DNA from: Acutalibacteraceae bacterium
GTDB lineage: Bacteria; Bacillota; Clostridia; Oscillospirales; Acutalibacteraceae
Direction: 5' to 3'
Assembly (NCBI GenBank): GCA_045647525.1
Contig: JAZRMK010000048.1
Span: forward strand, 7,928-71,927
DNA: 64,000 nt
Shown here one piece after another: positions 39,003 to 46,192 of the stretch. The notes under the pieces were generated by a model. It searched no databases. It was not told the origin of the DNA and saw only the letters and a program-made list of their open reading frames with translations. Each line of letters opens with the position of its first letter. Position 1 is the stretch's first letter. Made by a program: the position numbers and the translations under genes.

Positions 39003-40172
39003 TTACTCATAAATCAACAGAAAATCACATTCTGCAATATTTTCGCGGCAACTGTATTGCGCCACAACTTCCACCCCTCTTTCGCTGACGAAAAACTCCA
39101 CATTTTTTGACAATATATCGGCATTTTTTAGTTCTTGCCTTTCCAACTCTTCCAACTTCGTGACAGCAATTTGCCGCGCGGTTTCTTCGTCAATCAAATA
39201 TGCTCTTATATCCACCTGCCTGAATGCAGCGGTAGTGATTTTTACAGGCAGATATGCACCGTTATAGGTGATTTTATGCTCCTTCGTTTCCCGTTCGTAA
39301 TTACCCTTCAACGAGCCGAAGTACAACGGTATCTCTAAGCCGAAAATCGACAAAACACTTCTAACTTTTGGCTCTTCCACATAAATTTCTTCGGTCTGTT
39401 TAAAGGTTGCAAGGTAGGACAATGTTCTGGTGGTCCGTGCCATAATTTTGCCTGACGACCGCCCGAAACTGAAACTCCCGTCCTTATACTCGGTAACTCC
39501 CGAAACAAGCAGATCTCCCGACTTTACCGTTTGACCAAGTTTCACCTTGGTTGTTCCTTGATTCACTTCGATTGCTTCTATAACTCCATCGCGTTTTGCC
39601 ACAAGATTGCAAGGCGTTTGGTCGGTTTTAACGGTGTCTATCGACTCGGAAATGTTAACGGTAGCCGTCGAGCCCTCAATATTGACCGATGCCCAAGCGA
39701 TATTGGGCAGTTTCAATGCCAACTTAACTCGGAAACTTTCCGCATCAATAGACTTGATTTTAGCGCCCTCATAAAGCCCCAGTTCCCGACATACCGACAA
39801 GACCTGCTTTTCACCGAGGTTTTCTATTCCTTCAACCTTTATGTTCCAAACAAATCCGGACATATAAAAAAGCACCGCCAAATACAGCACTGCTCCAACA
39901 ATAAGTCCTGTCCTTAAACGGTGTCTTTTAAGGCAAAACGGCATACCGTGGCGTTTTGACACCCTTGTCACGATTCGGTTTTTGCCCTTTACTTTATGTA
40001 GTTTTTTGTAATCTTTAAGCAGAACCGAAAGCGTCAAACCATCGGCACTCCGCCCAATATTCCAAAATGGAATTCTATATGCGGCGAGTTGATTCAAAAA
40101 CCGTTCGGGGTAGTCGCCTTTAACCGAAAACTCGACATATCCCGACAAAAATCTTAAAGCTTTTATTACCAT
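39003..40172 (-). CDS. yqfD: Sporulation protein YqfD
   Basis: About 390 aa with one central TM helix. The N-terminal pattern ...GYVEFSVKGDYPERFLN is typical of YqfD. It follows yqfC. Confidence 0.8.
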   Translation of the reverse strand: MVIKALRFLSGYVEFSVKGDYPERFLNQLAAYRIPFWNIGRSADGLTLSVLLKDYKKLHKVKGKNRIVTRVSKRHGMPFCLKRHRLRTGLIVGAVLYLAVLFYMSGFVWNIKVEGIENLGEKQVLSVCRELGLYEGAKIKSIDAESFRVKLALKLPNIAWASVNIEGSTATVNISESIDTVKTDQTPCNLVAKRDGVIEAIEVNQGTTKVKLGQTVKSGDLLVSGVTEYKDGSFSFGRSSGKIMARTTRTLSYLATFKQTEEIYVEEPKVRSVLSIFGLEIPLYFGSLKGNYERETKEHKITYNGAYLPVKITTAAFRQVDIRAYLIDEETARQIAVTKLEELERQELKNADILSKNVEFFVSERGVEVVAQYSCRENIAECDFLLIYE

Positions 40173-40175
40173 ACC

Positions 40176-40553
40176 CTACCCCTTGACGTTAAATTCAACC
40201 TTGTCAATCTCACCCTTGATTTCAGCATTCGTATCGGTAAGAGAAACTATGACCAATGAATGCCCGTAGAAACATACTGTGCCGTTTTGTATTTTCAGCT
40301 TTACAAGACTGTCGTAATAGTCGACAACGCCCTTACACCCTTCAACCGATGCAGACTTGTTGGAAGTCAGTTGTATCTCGGGTCCGGACGACGCCGACAG
40401 TTCCCCTACACCGAAAAGTGTTAATTTTTCTTTCTTTTTCTTGAATTCAGTCGGCATTTTTCGCCCCACAAAGATCTCTCCAATATTGTTTAAAGTTGCT
40501 TTAAACAATATGCTGACCATGGGTAATTCATACCCCTTTTTTCGCATAAACAT
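40176..40553 (-). CDS. yqfC: Sporulation protein YqfC (start uncertain; internal Met at 40457 also possible)
   Basis: C-terminal about 90 aa fit the YqfC pattern (...LTLFG...IQLTS...SVEGCKGVVDY.D..V...). Located immediately upstream of yqfD. Confidence 0.7.
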   Translation of the reverse strand: MFMRKKGYELPMVSILFKATLNNIGEIFVGRKMPTEFKKKKEKLTLFGVGELSASSGPEIQLTSNKSASVEGCKGVVDYYDSLVKLKIQNGTVCFYGHSLVIVSLTDTNAEIKGEIDKVEFNVKG

Positions 40554-40567
40554 TTATCGGTGATAGT

Positions 40568-41641
40568 ATGATTTTAAGATTCAAAACCGTAATTATTACG
40601 CTTATCTGTTTTTTGTTTGGCATGGCAGTCCTTATGTTCTCTCCCTTCGTGCGTCGGGGAATAGCAAACGGCATTGATGTGTGCATCACAACCGTGATTC
40701 CTTCTTTGTTTTTGTTTTCCTGCGTTTCCTGCTTTGCCGTAAAGTCAGGGATTTGTTATAACATCGGCAAGGCATTCGACAAATTCTCAAAGCCACTTTT
40801 CAACCTTTCGGGAGAAGAGTTTGCGGTGTTTTTGTTTTCCTGCGTTTCGGGATACCCAGTGGGTGCCTCACTCGTCACCGAGCTCTATAAATCAGGAAGA
40901 ATCTCCCAAAATAAAGCCGTTTTAATGACCAACTTTTGTGTAGCTGCAGGTCCTGCATTCATTTTAGTCGCGGTGGGTGAGATCTCACTCGGCAGCCGTT
41001 CGGACGGACAGAGACTGCTTGCAGCACACGTTATATCGAGCGTACTTTTGGCAATAATATTCGGCGTGTACTCGCGTTTTTCTAAAACCGACACCGACAA
41101 AAGTATCGGTCTCAAACCTTTTTCACTGACACCCCAGTCAACCACCGCTCTTTTCGTTGACAGCGTGACCGAAGCCTCAAAGAACATCTTTAAAATCTGC
41201 GGTTTTATTGTGGCATTCGGCGGAATCGGGGGTATGGTTTCGGCCGATAATCTTCCCGTATCTCCTTTTTTTGCCAACCTTGTGCGTGCACTTTTGGAAG
41301 TGACGGTAGGAATCGACCTTTTCGGTCGCGGCAGACTGGCTCTTTTGGCGTTTTTGCTTGGGTTCGGCGGAATTTCAGTGCATTTTCAGGTTTTGAGCGT
41401 CACAAGGGCTTTGAAAATAAAATACTTCCCGTTTGTTTGCACAAGACTGGTTCACGGTGTTTGTTCGGCATTTGTGATTGCTGCTTTTGAAAAAATTTTA
41501 CCCCGAAGTATCGACACACTCGCACAAAGCAACACTTCGCCCGAAATCAACGGCAGTCCCTTTTCGGTCGCGGCTCTGCTGCTTATGGGAATCACGCTCA
41601 TCGTTTATTCGAAACGGCAACGGCGAATTTCGGCGAAATAG
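40568..41641 (+). CDS. ylbJ: Sporulation integral membrane protein YlbJ (nucleoside-recognition/Gate-domain family)
   Basis: Polytopic membrane protein. The N-terminal pattern GI..C..TVIPSLFLF is typical of YlbJ. Confidence 0.6.
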   Translation: MILRFKTVIITLICFLFGMAVLMFSPFVRRGIANGIDVCITTVIPSLFLFSCVSCFAVKSGICYNIGKAFDKFSKPLFNLSGEEFAVFLFSCVSGYPVGASLVTELYKSGRISQNKAVLMTNFCVAAGPAFILVAVGEISLGSRSDGQRLLAAHVISSVLLAIIFGVYSRFSKTDTDKSIGLKPFSLTPQSTTALFVDSVTEASKNIFKICGFIVAFGGIGGMVSADNLPVSPFFANLVRALLEVTVGIDLFGRGRLALLAFLLGFGGISVHFQVLSVTRALKIKYFPFVCTRLVHGVCSAFVIAAFEKILPRSIDTLAQSNTSPEINGSPFSVAALLLMGITLIVYSKRQRRISAK

Positions 41642-41716
41642 CATACATCTTGCCAAATGTTTTAAAATGTGTTATATTGTTGTTAACGGTTACTCTTTTG
41701 TTTTTTAGGAGATAAT

Positions 41717-41935
41717 ATGAACAACAAGAAATTTTTCGATAATACTATTCCGCCTGCCTGTGCCTACTGTGTTCACGGGCAAAGCATTTCGGGCGGGAAA
41801 GAGGCTTTTTGCTTAAAAAAGGGCATTGTAGATGCCACGGATAGTTGCCGTCGCTTTAAATATGATGTGTTGAAACGCATACCTCACTCTGATACTATTT
41901 CAAAGAATTATTCGGCAGAAGATTTTAAGCTTTAA
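41717..41935 (+). CDS. Small Cys-containing hypothetical protein
   Basis: 72-aa ORF with CAYC...C...C spacing. RBS AGGAGA upstream. Confidence 0.5.
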   Translation: MNNKKFFDNTIPPACAYCVHGQSISGGKEAFCLKKGIVDATDSCRRFKYDVLKRIPHSDTISKNYSAEDFKL

Positions 41936-41961
41936 TAAATGACTGTTTTTGAAAATAACTA

Positions 41962-41990
41962 TTGACAAACCTCTTGGTTATGGATATAAT
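41962..41990 (+). promoter_or_regulatory. Promoter of the tRNA-His/tRNA-Gln pair
   Basis: TTGACA, 17 nt, TATAAT (full consensus), about 35 nt before tRNA-His. Confidence 0.7.
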
Positions 41991-42024
41991 AGTCGATGTG
42001 CCGAAAAGGCACGGTTTAAGATGT

Positions 42025-42102
<78 letters not shown>

Positions 42103-42126
42103 CTTTTTTTATACCATTTTATATAT

Positions 42127-42201
42127 TGGGGTGTCGTCAAGCGGTAAGACACAGCACTTTGACTGCTGCATTCGTAGGTTCGAATCCTGCCACCCCAGCC
42201 A
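42127..42201 (+). tRNA. tRNA-Gln (anticodon UUG), CCA encoded
   Basis: Acceptor TGGGGTG/CACCCCA, anticodon stem CAGCA/TGCTG with loop CTTTGAC, T-arm GTAGGTTCGAATCCTGC. Confidence 0.88.
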
Positions 42202-42270
42202 AAAAAGGAAGCACACCTTTGGGTGTGGTTCCTTTTTTCGTTTCGGGGTATTCGCAGGATTCCAATTTTT
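42184..42270 (+). repeat. Direct repeat copy A (87 bp): last 18 nt of tRNA-Gln plus its terminator and 3' flank
   Basis: Identical by eye to 42382-42468: ATCCTGCCACCCCAGCCAAAAAAGGAAGCACACCTTTGGGTGTGGTTCCTTTTTTCGTTTCGGGGTATTCGCAGGATTCCAATTTTT. Confidence 0.9.
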
Positions 42271-42381
42271 CGTCGAAGCAGCTGTAAAGCCGCGATAGGC
42301 TTTGCGGTCTGCCCGAGTCTCGAGTACGCACAGTGCGTCGGGCACCGTCCGGGACGGTCGGCGAACAAGCGAACGCAGAGT
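42271..42381 (+). other. 111-bp GC-rich, hairpin-rich insert between the two repeat copies
   Basis: Visibly much more GC-rich than its surroundings. Nested stems: AAAGCC/GGCTTT, GCCCGA/TCGGGC enclosing ACGCAC/GTGCGT, and ACCGTC/GACGGT. Confidence 0.8.
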
Positions 42382-42468
42382 ATCCTGCCACCCCAGCCAA
42401 AAAAGGAAGCACACCTTTGGGTGTGGTTCCTTTTTTCGTTTCGGGGTATTCGCAGGATTCCAATTTTT
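42382..42468 (+). repeat. Direct repeat copy B (87 bp): orphan tRNA-Gln 3' end plus flank
   Basis: Same 87 nt as 42184-42270, offset by 198 bp. The 5' three-quarters of the tRNA are absent. Confidence 0.9.
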
Positions 42469-42570
42469 TGTATTCGTGCCAAGTAATTTAAGGATATATT
42501 TAAAGTGACTCGGTTGTCGGGTCGCTTTTGCTTTATGGGAATGTTATCAACAAGCGATGATTAAAGCGTT

Positions 42571-42606
42571 TATAGCCCAAATTTATCCTAATGTACTTGT
42601 TATAAT
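42571..42606 (+). promoter_or_regulatory. Island promoter motif copy 1 (TATAGCCCAAATTTATCCTAATGT, then TGTTATAAT)
   Basis: The conserved CCAAATTTATCC box begins 21 nt upstream of a TGnTATAAT extended -10, ahead of the small ORF at 42663. Confidence 0.55.
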
Positions 42607-42662
42607 ATAAATATAATCCGGCATAAGCCGTTGAGAAAAACATTTTTGGAGGTACATTTATC

Positions 42663-42770
42663 ATGGCTAAGACGAAATCAGGAAAGAAGTTTGTAAGAAT
42701 TGGTGGTTACACAAAGTCAAATGGTGGCAAAGTCAAATCGCATTGCCGTTCCACTCCCAGCAAGAGATAA
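42663..42770 (+). CDS. Small highly basic protein (35 aa)
   Basis: MAKTKSGKKFVRIGGYTKSNGGKVKSHCRSTPSKR. GGAGG lies 10 nt upstream and a hairpin follows. Too short for the ORF track. Confidence 0.4.
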   Translation: MAKTKSGKKFVRIGGYTKSNGGKVKSHCRSTPSKR

Positions 42771-43010
42771 GCAAAAAACGCACGATGGGATAAAAAACCC
42801 ATTGTGCGTGCTATAATATGCACATAATCCATCAACAGAAAGGACACATGCTATTATGAAAATCCGCGTACTTATTTGAACCTTCAATACGCTTTAATCG
42901 CAAAACTCTCCATTTTGACTGCAACATGGAGAGCTGAAAGACAAATATATAAATGATATAATCAAATAAATGTATGGGCAAATAGGGGTGATTTTTTTGA
43001 TAAAAATTAT

Positions 43011-43418
43011 ATTGATAGACACGATATTATGTCCTTGGAAGAATCTACGCGTGTTACTGAACAGGATAGAGAAAAATACATTAAAATTGCCGAATAACTA
43101 TCATGGATTGACAGAAAAAAGAACGGATATCATATTATAGTGCCTAAAAATATTTCTGATCTCAAATATGAAGGAGAAATACAACATAATTGCGTTTATA
43201 CCAATAGATACTATATTGATGTTATAGATCATCACTCCATAATTGTGTTTTTAAGAAAAGAAGAGTATGTCCCATTTGTCACAATCGAATTCGATTATGA
43301 AACCTTTGAAGTTCTGCAAGCCTTAGGAAAATACAATAAAAAAATTGACACGGAACTGTACCGATACATTGTCAATTTAGGGAAGCAGTTATATTACGAA
43401 ATGCATAACCATCAATAA
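43011..43418 (+). pseudogene. Degraded PcfJ-like gene (only the C-terminal domain remains as an ORF, 43140-43418)
   Basis: The 92-aa ORF has the PcfJ-type core L.YEGE.QHNCVYT..Y......H.SIIVFLR......FVTIE. Related reading frames upstream are broken by stops (...EKYIKIAE*, then *LSWIDRKKNGYHIIVPK). Confidence 0.55.
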
Positions 43419-43562
43419 AAGTAACACGTTAAAATACATATACTCAACAAAAGCGAGGGTGATTTTAAATCAACCTCGCTTTTTGTTACGAATAGGACAA
43501 TATTGTCCGAAAGTTCGTGGTACAATATATTTGTAAAATAAATTAAATGAGAGGTAATTATT

Positions 43563-44219
43563 ATGAATGAACAAATGCGCAACAATTTAACTCCCCAAGG
43601 GTACATTCGTCAGATGTATGCAGAAACCGTAAATGGTGAATTTAAGGTTGGGTATACAGATCCTGACAATGATTCCGTTGAAGAAGAAAGAACATTTTAT
43701 GTGAATTGGACTGCGGAGGATGCAGAGAAAACAGTACAACGATATAATTTGCTGACTTTTGCATTGGCACGTATTGGCCGGCTTCACGATCAGTTGAACG
43801 ATGAAGAAAGCAGAAAGCAACTTCTTTCAGAGGCGGATCTTGAAATTTATAATACATATATTCTTCCTTATGAACCGATGAAAGTAAATTGGGAAGAGCT
43901 GTATCCCATTACTCCTTGTGAGCCAGATGAGCTGATGTCACTAATCCAGGAGATCCACGAACGCAGCAGATATGGAGATTTGATCGAAGAGGAAGAACTG
44001 CTCTGGAAACAGTACTGCATGTGGAAAGAAGAACAGAGTCAGAAAAGAATTCCTTTTAACCGCCGCTCCTGTGCTGATCTGATTACAAGGGCATCGCGTT
44101 TTGAAAGATTGATCAGCTTGGGTGCACCTGAAATCATTGTAACTGAGGAAGGCCGCCTGCTTGCAGAAGAAATGGTGCTTTATTATTTCGGTAAAGAAGA
44201 GCCGATCATTTGGGATTGA
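43563..44219 (+). CDS. Hypothetical protein (218 aa, acidic, helical)
   Basis: Long ORF in the island orientation. No family recognised. Confidence 0.55.
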   Translation: MNEQMRNNLTPQGYIRQMYAETVNGEFKVGYTDPDNDSVEEERTFYVNWTAEDAEKTVQRYNLLTFALARIGRLHDQLNDEESRKQLLSEADLEIYNTYILPYEPMKVNWEELYPITPCEPDELMSLIQEIHERSRYGDLIEEEELLWKQYCMWKEEQSQKRIPFNRRSCADLITRASRFERLISLGAPEIIVTEEGRLLAEEMVLYYFGKEEPIIWD

Positions 44220-44265
44220 AGCTTAACAGACGGTTATATTAAAAAATATAAGTGAGGTTGATTTT

Positions 44266-44559
44266 ATGGAACTTAAAGATTTTATAGGTAAAATTGTTAT
44301 TCGTGCATCGGATAAAAAACGGCTTTTTATCACAGAAATTACGGCACCTACAATAGAGGCGCAGACCACCCTTCCTGAAGCACACGGATATCACACTTGC
44401 TATTGTTGGGAAACCATCAATGGTGATCCTATTACTAATGGATATTTGATATTTGAAGACGAATCGTTAACTGAGCCGTTTAAAAAAGCTTACGATGCAT
44501 ATTGTCGCACCGAAGATGCCTATTGGGAAAATTACGGATATTATATGCGTAAATCGTGA
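44266..44559 (+). CDS. Hypothetical protein (97 aa)
   Basis: ORF with RBS AGTGAGG upstream. No family recognised. Confidence 0.5.
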   Translation: MELKDFIGKIVIRASDKKRLFITEITAPTIEAQTTLPEAHGYHTCYCWETINGDPITNGYLIFEDESLTEPFKKAYDAYCRTEDAYWENYGYYMRKS

Positions 44560-44635
44560 GTACCATTTTTAGTACATAGAAGAAGTTATAATATTGATAT
44601 CGCGCTGAATAAGGAACTGAATAAAGGTGAACTGT

Positions 44636-44767
44636 GTGGATTATGCCAATGATATAGTATTCGCTGAAACGGAAACCAATTATGGTGAAACAGTAAGATA
44701 TAGTTACATACCGGGCAACAATAGAATCGTATATTTTAGAGCATGTATCGAGATTGTAAAATATTAG
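44636..44767 (+). pseudogene. Fragment paralogous to the N-terminus of the downstream alpha/beta-hydrolase
   Basis: VDYANDIVFAETETNYGETVRYSYIPGNNRIVYFRA... parallels DGEKVEYEIVFGNEKIVFIKA... of the 44901 gene, then stops after 43 codons. Confidence 0.35.
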
Positions 44768-44820
44768 AAGATATGCATAGACTGATAGACTCTAAAAACA
44801 TTTGGGTAAGCAAAATAACA

Positions 44821-44855
44821 AACACCCAAAATTGTCCCAACGCAGATGATACAAT
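44821..44855 (+). promoter_or_regulatory. Island promoter motif copy 2 (diverged): CCCAAAATTGTCCCAACG, then TGATACAAT
   Basis: Same box-to-extended -10 spacing as copies 1 and 3. About 14 of 21 positions are shared with copy 3. Confidence 0.45.
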
Positions 44856-44900
44856 ACACTTGTAAATAGTAGTCCACAGGACTTAAAACAAGAGGGATAT

Positions 44901-45548
44901 ATGAAAACTTATGTAGATCTTATTGAGGATACCGAAAACACATGGGACTTTCCGGACGATGAAAACTCCTATATTGACACCCAATATGTTGATGGAGAAA
45001 AGGTAGAATACGAAATCGTTTTCGGCAATGAAAAGATTGTATTTATCAAAGCCGGAGCAGGAGGAAACGTACGAGGCTATGATAATAAATATCTTAAAAT
45101 GGCAAGGCGTGTGCATGAACGACTTGGCGCGACAGTAATATGTACCTCCAATCCCGTTGCTCCGCATGAAGACCTCGATGAAGCTGAGATCAGATGGGTA
45201 ATTGCCGAAAAGGGCTTGTCTAACTTTGAGATTTCCTTTATTGGCGCATCTGACGGCGCATACCATAATCTTTCACTTGCAAGTCGATTCCCCGAAACAG
45301 TGAAGTGGATCGGTATAAACACATCTTACATAAATGTCCCCGATCTTAAAAAACGGCTGCTTTCATCCCCCAACGTATATAAAATATTGATTTATGGAAC
45401 GAAGGATGACGATTTTAATGAAGTTGTTCCGGCGATTAGTGAAATAACGAGTGATAACTTACTGTTGGAATTAGTCGAGGGTGCTGATCACCGCTTTTAC
45501 GGAATGATTGAGGAATTTATCGCTTTGTCAGATTATTTGTACGATTGA
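44901..45548 (+). CDS. Alpha/beta-hydrolase-fold protein
   Basis: Nucleophile elbow GASDGA, YGTKDD and GADHRF in the order expected for a Ser-Asp-His triad. Confidence 0.6.
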   Translation: MKTYVDLIEDTENTWDFPDDENSYIDTQYVDGEKVEYEIVFGNEKIVFIKAGAGGNVRGYDNKYLKMARRVHERLGATVICTSNPVAPHEDLDEAEIRWVIAEKGLSNFEISFIGASDGAYHNLSLASRFPETVKWIGINTSYINVPDLKKRLLSSPNVYKILIYGTKDDDFNEVVPAISEITSDNLLLELVEGADHRFYGMIEEFIALSDYLYD

Positions 45549-45596
45549 TTCATGCACGAATGCTTTTAGTAACTAAAAAACGGAGAGGCTTCACGG

Positions 45597-45633
45597 TAAT
45601 AGTCCAAATTTATCCTAATGTGTATGATATAAT
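45597..45633 (+). promoter_or_regulatory. Island promoter motif copy 3: TAATAGTCCAAATTTATCCTAATGT, then TGATATAAT
   Basis: Near-identical to copy 1 over CCAAATTTATCCTAATGT. Extended -10 at the same distance. Confidence 0.55.
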
Positions 45634-45678
45634 ATGATTGTAAACAATAGTCCACAGGACTTAAAACAGGAGGAATAT

Positions 45679-45840
45679 ATGAAAACTTACAAAATCGTTT
45701 ACACTATTGCAAACCAACCCGGAAGACACGTGGCATTTTATGAAGCAGCCTGCGCAGACTTTGCTCGCATTCGAGCACGCGATGAACTTGGTGGCTGGGA
45801 CATCGTTACTATTTGGGAGGTCACAGAGGTCAATTTTTAA
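45679..45840 (+). CDS. Small hypothetical protein (53 aa)
   Basis: MKTYKIVYTIANQPGRH.... AGGAGGA lies 5 nt upstream. Shares its leader and first 3 codons with the 44901 gene. Confidence 0.5.
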   Translation: MKTYKIVYTIANQPGRHVAFYEAACADFARIRARDELGGWDIVTIWEVTEVNF

Positions 45841-45854
45841 GTCTCTTGATTTTT

Positions 45855-45881
45855 GGAGGTGGTCCGTCAAGGGCCACCTCC
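45855..45881 (+). terminator. Hairpin after the 53-aa ORF
   Basis: GGAGGTGGTCC / GGCCACCTCC. The T-run is weak. Confidence 0.45.
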
Positions 45882-46000
45882 TTCCCTAAAACGCACAGGA
45901 ATTATCGGACAAATTTGGATCAATGCGAGTTGTGTTTTAGTATAAAATACGGTATAATAAATAAAAGAAGAATAAATTTGCTTATAAAGAGGGACCTATT

Positions 46001-46192
46001 ATGACTCTTGAACAGAAAAAAGAAGCTTTGCGCAATGCAGCCTCAAAAGAGTTAAGTAGCGTGTATGACCTTTATAAATGGAAGAAAGTAAAGGGCTGTG
46101 AAAATTCATTCGTGTTAAGTGGAAAGTGTGGCTCGGAAGTACGCAAATCATATCTTGTTGGTTGCAATAAGTGGAGGTCAGTATATGGATAA
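46001..46192 (+). CDS. Small hypothetical protein (63 aa), apparently translationally coupled to the WYL-LRR gene
   Basis: RBS AGAGGGA upstream. The stop overlaps the downstream start in ATGGATAA. Confidence 0.5.
   Translation: MTLEQKKEALRNAASKELSSVYDLYKWKKVKGCENSFVLSGKCGSEVRKSYLVGCNKWRSVYG

Noticed and set aside
40700-40850. About 20-nt near-exact repeat TTTTTGTTTTCCTGCGTTTC inside ylbJ (encoding FLFSCVS twice)
   Set aside because: It lies in frame in both copies within a protein family that has internally duplicated Gate domains. It is most likely ordinary intragenic duplication, not a separate element.
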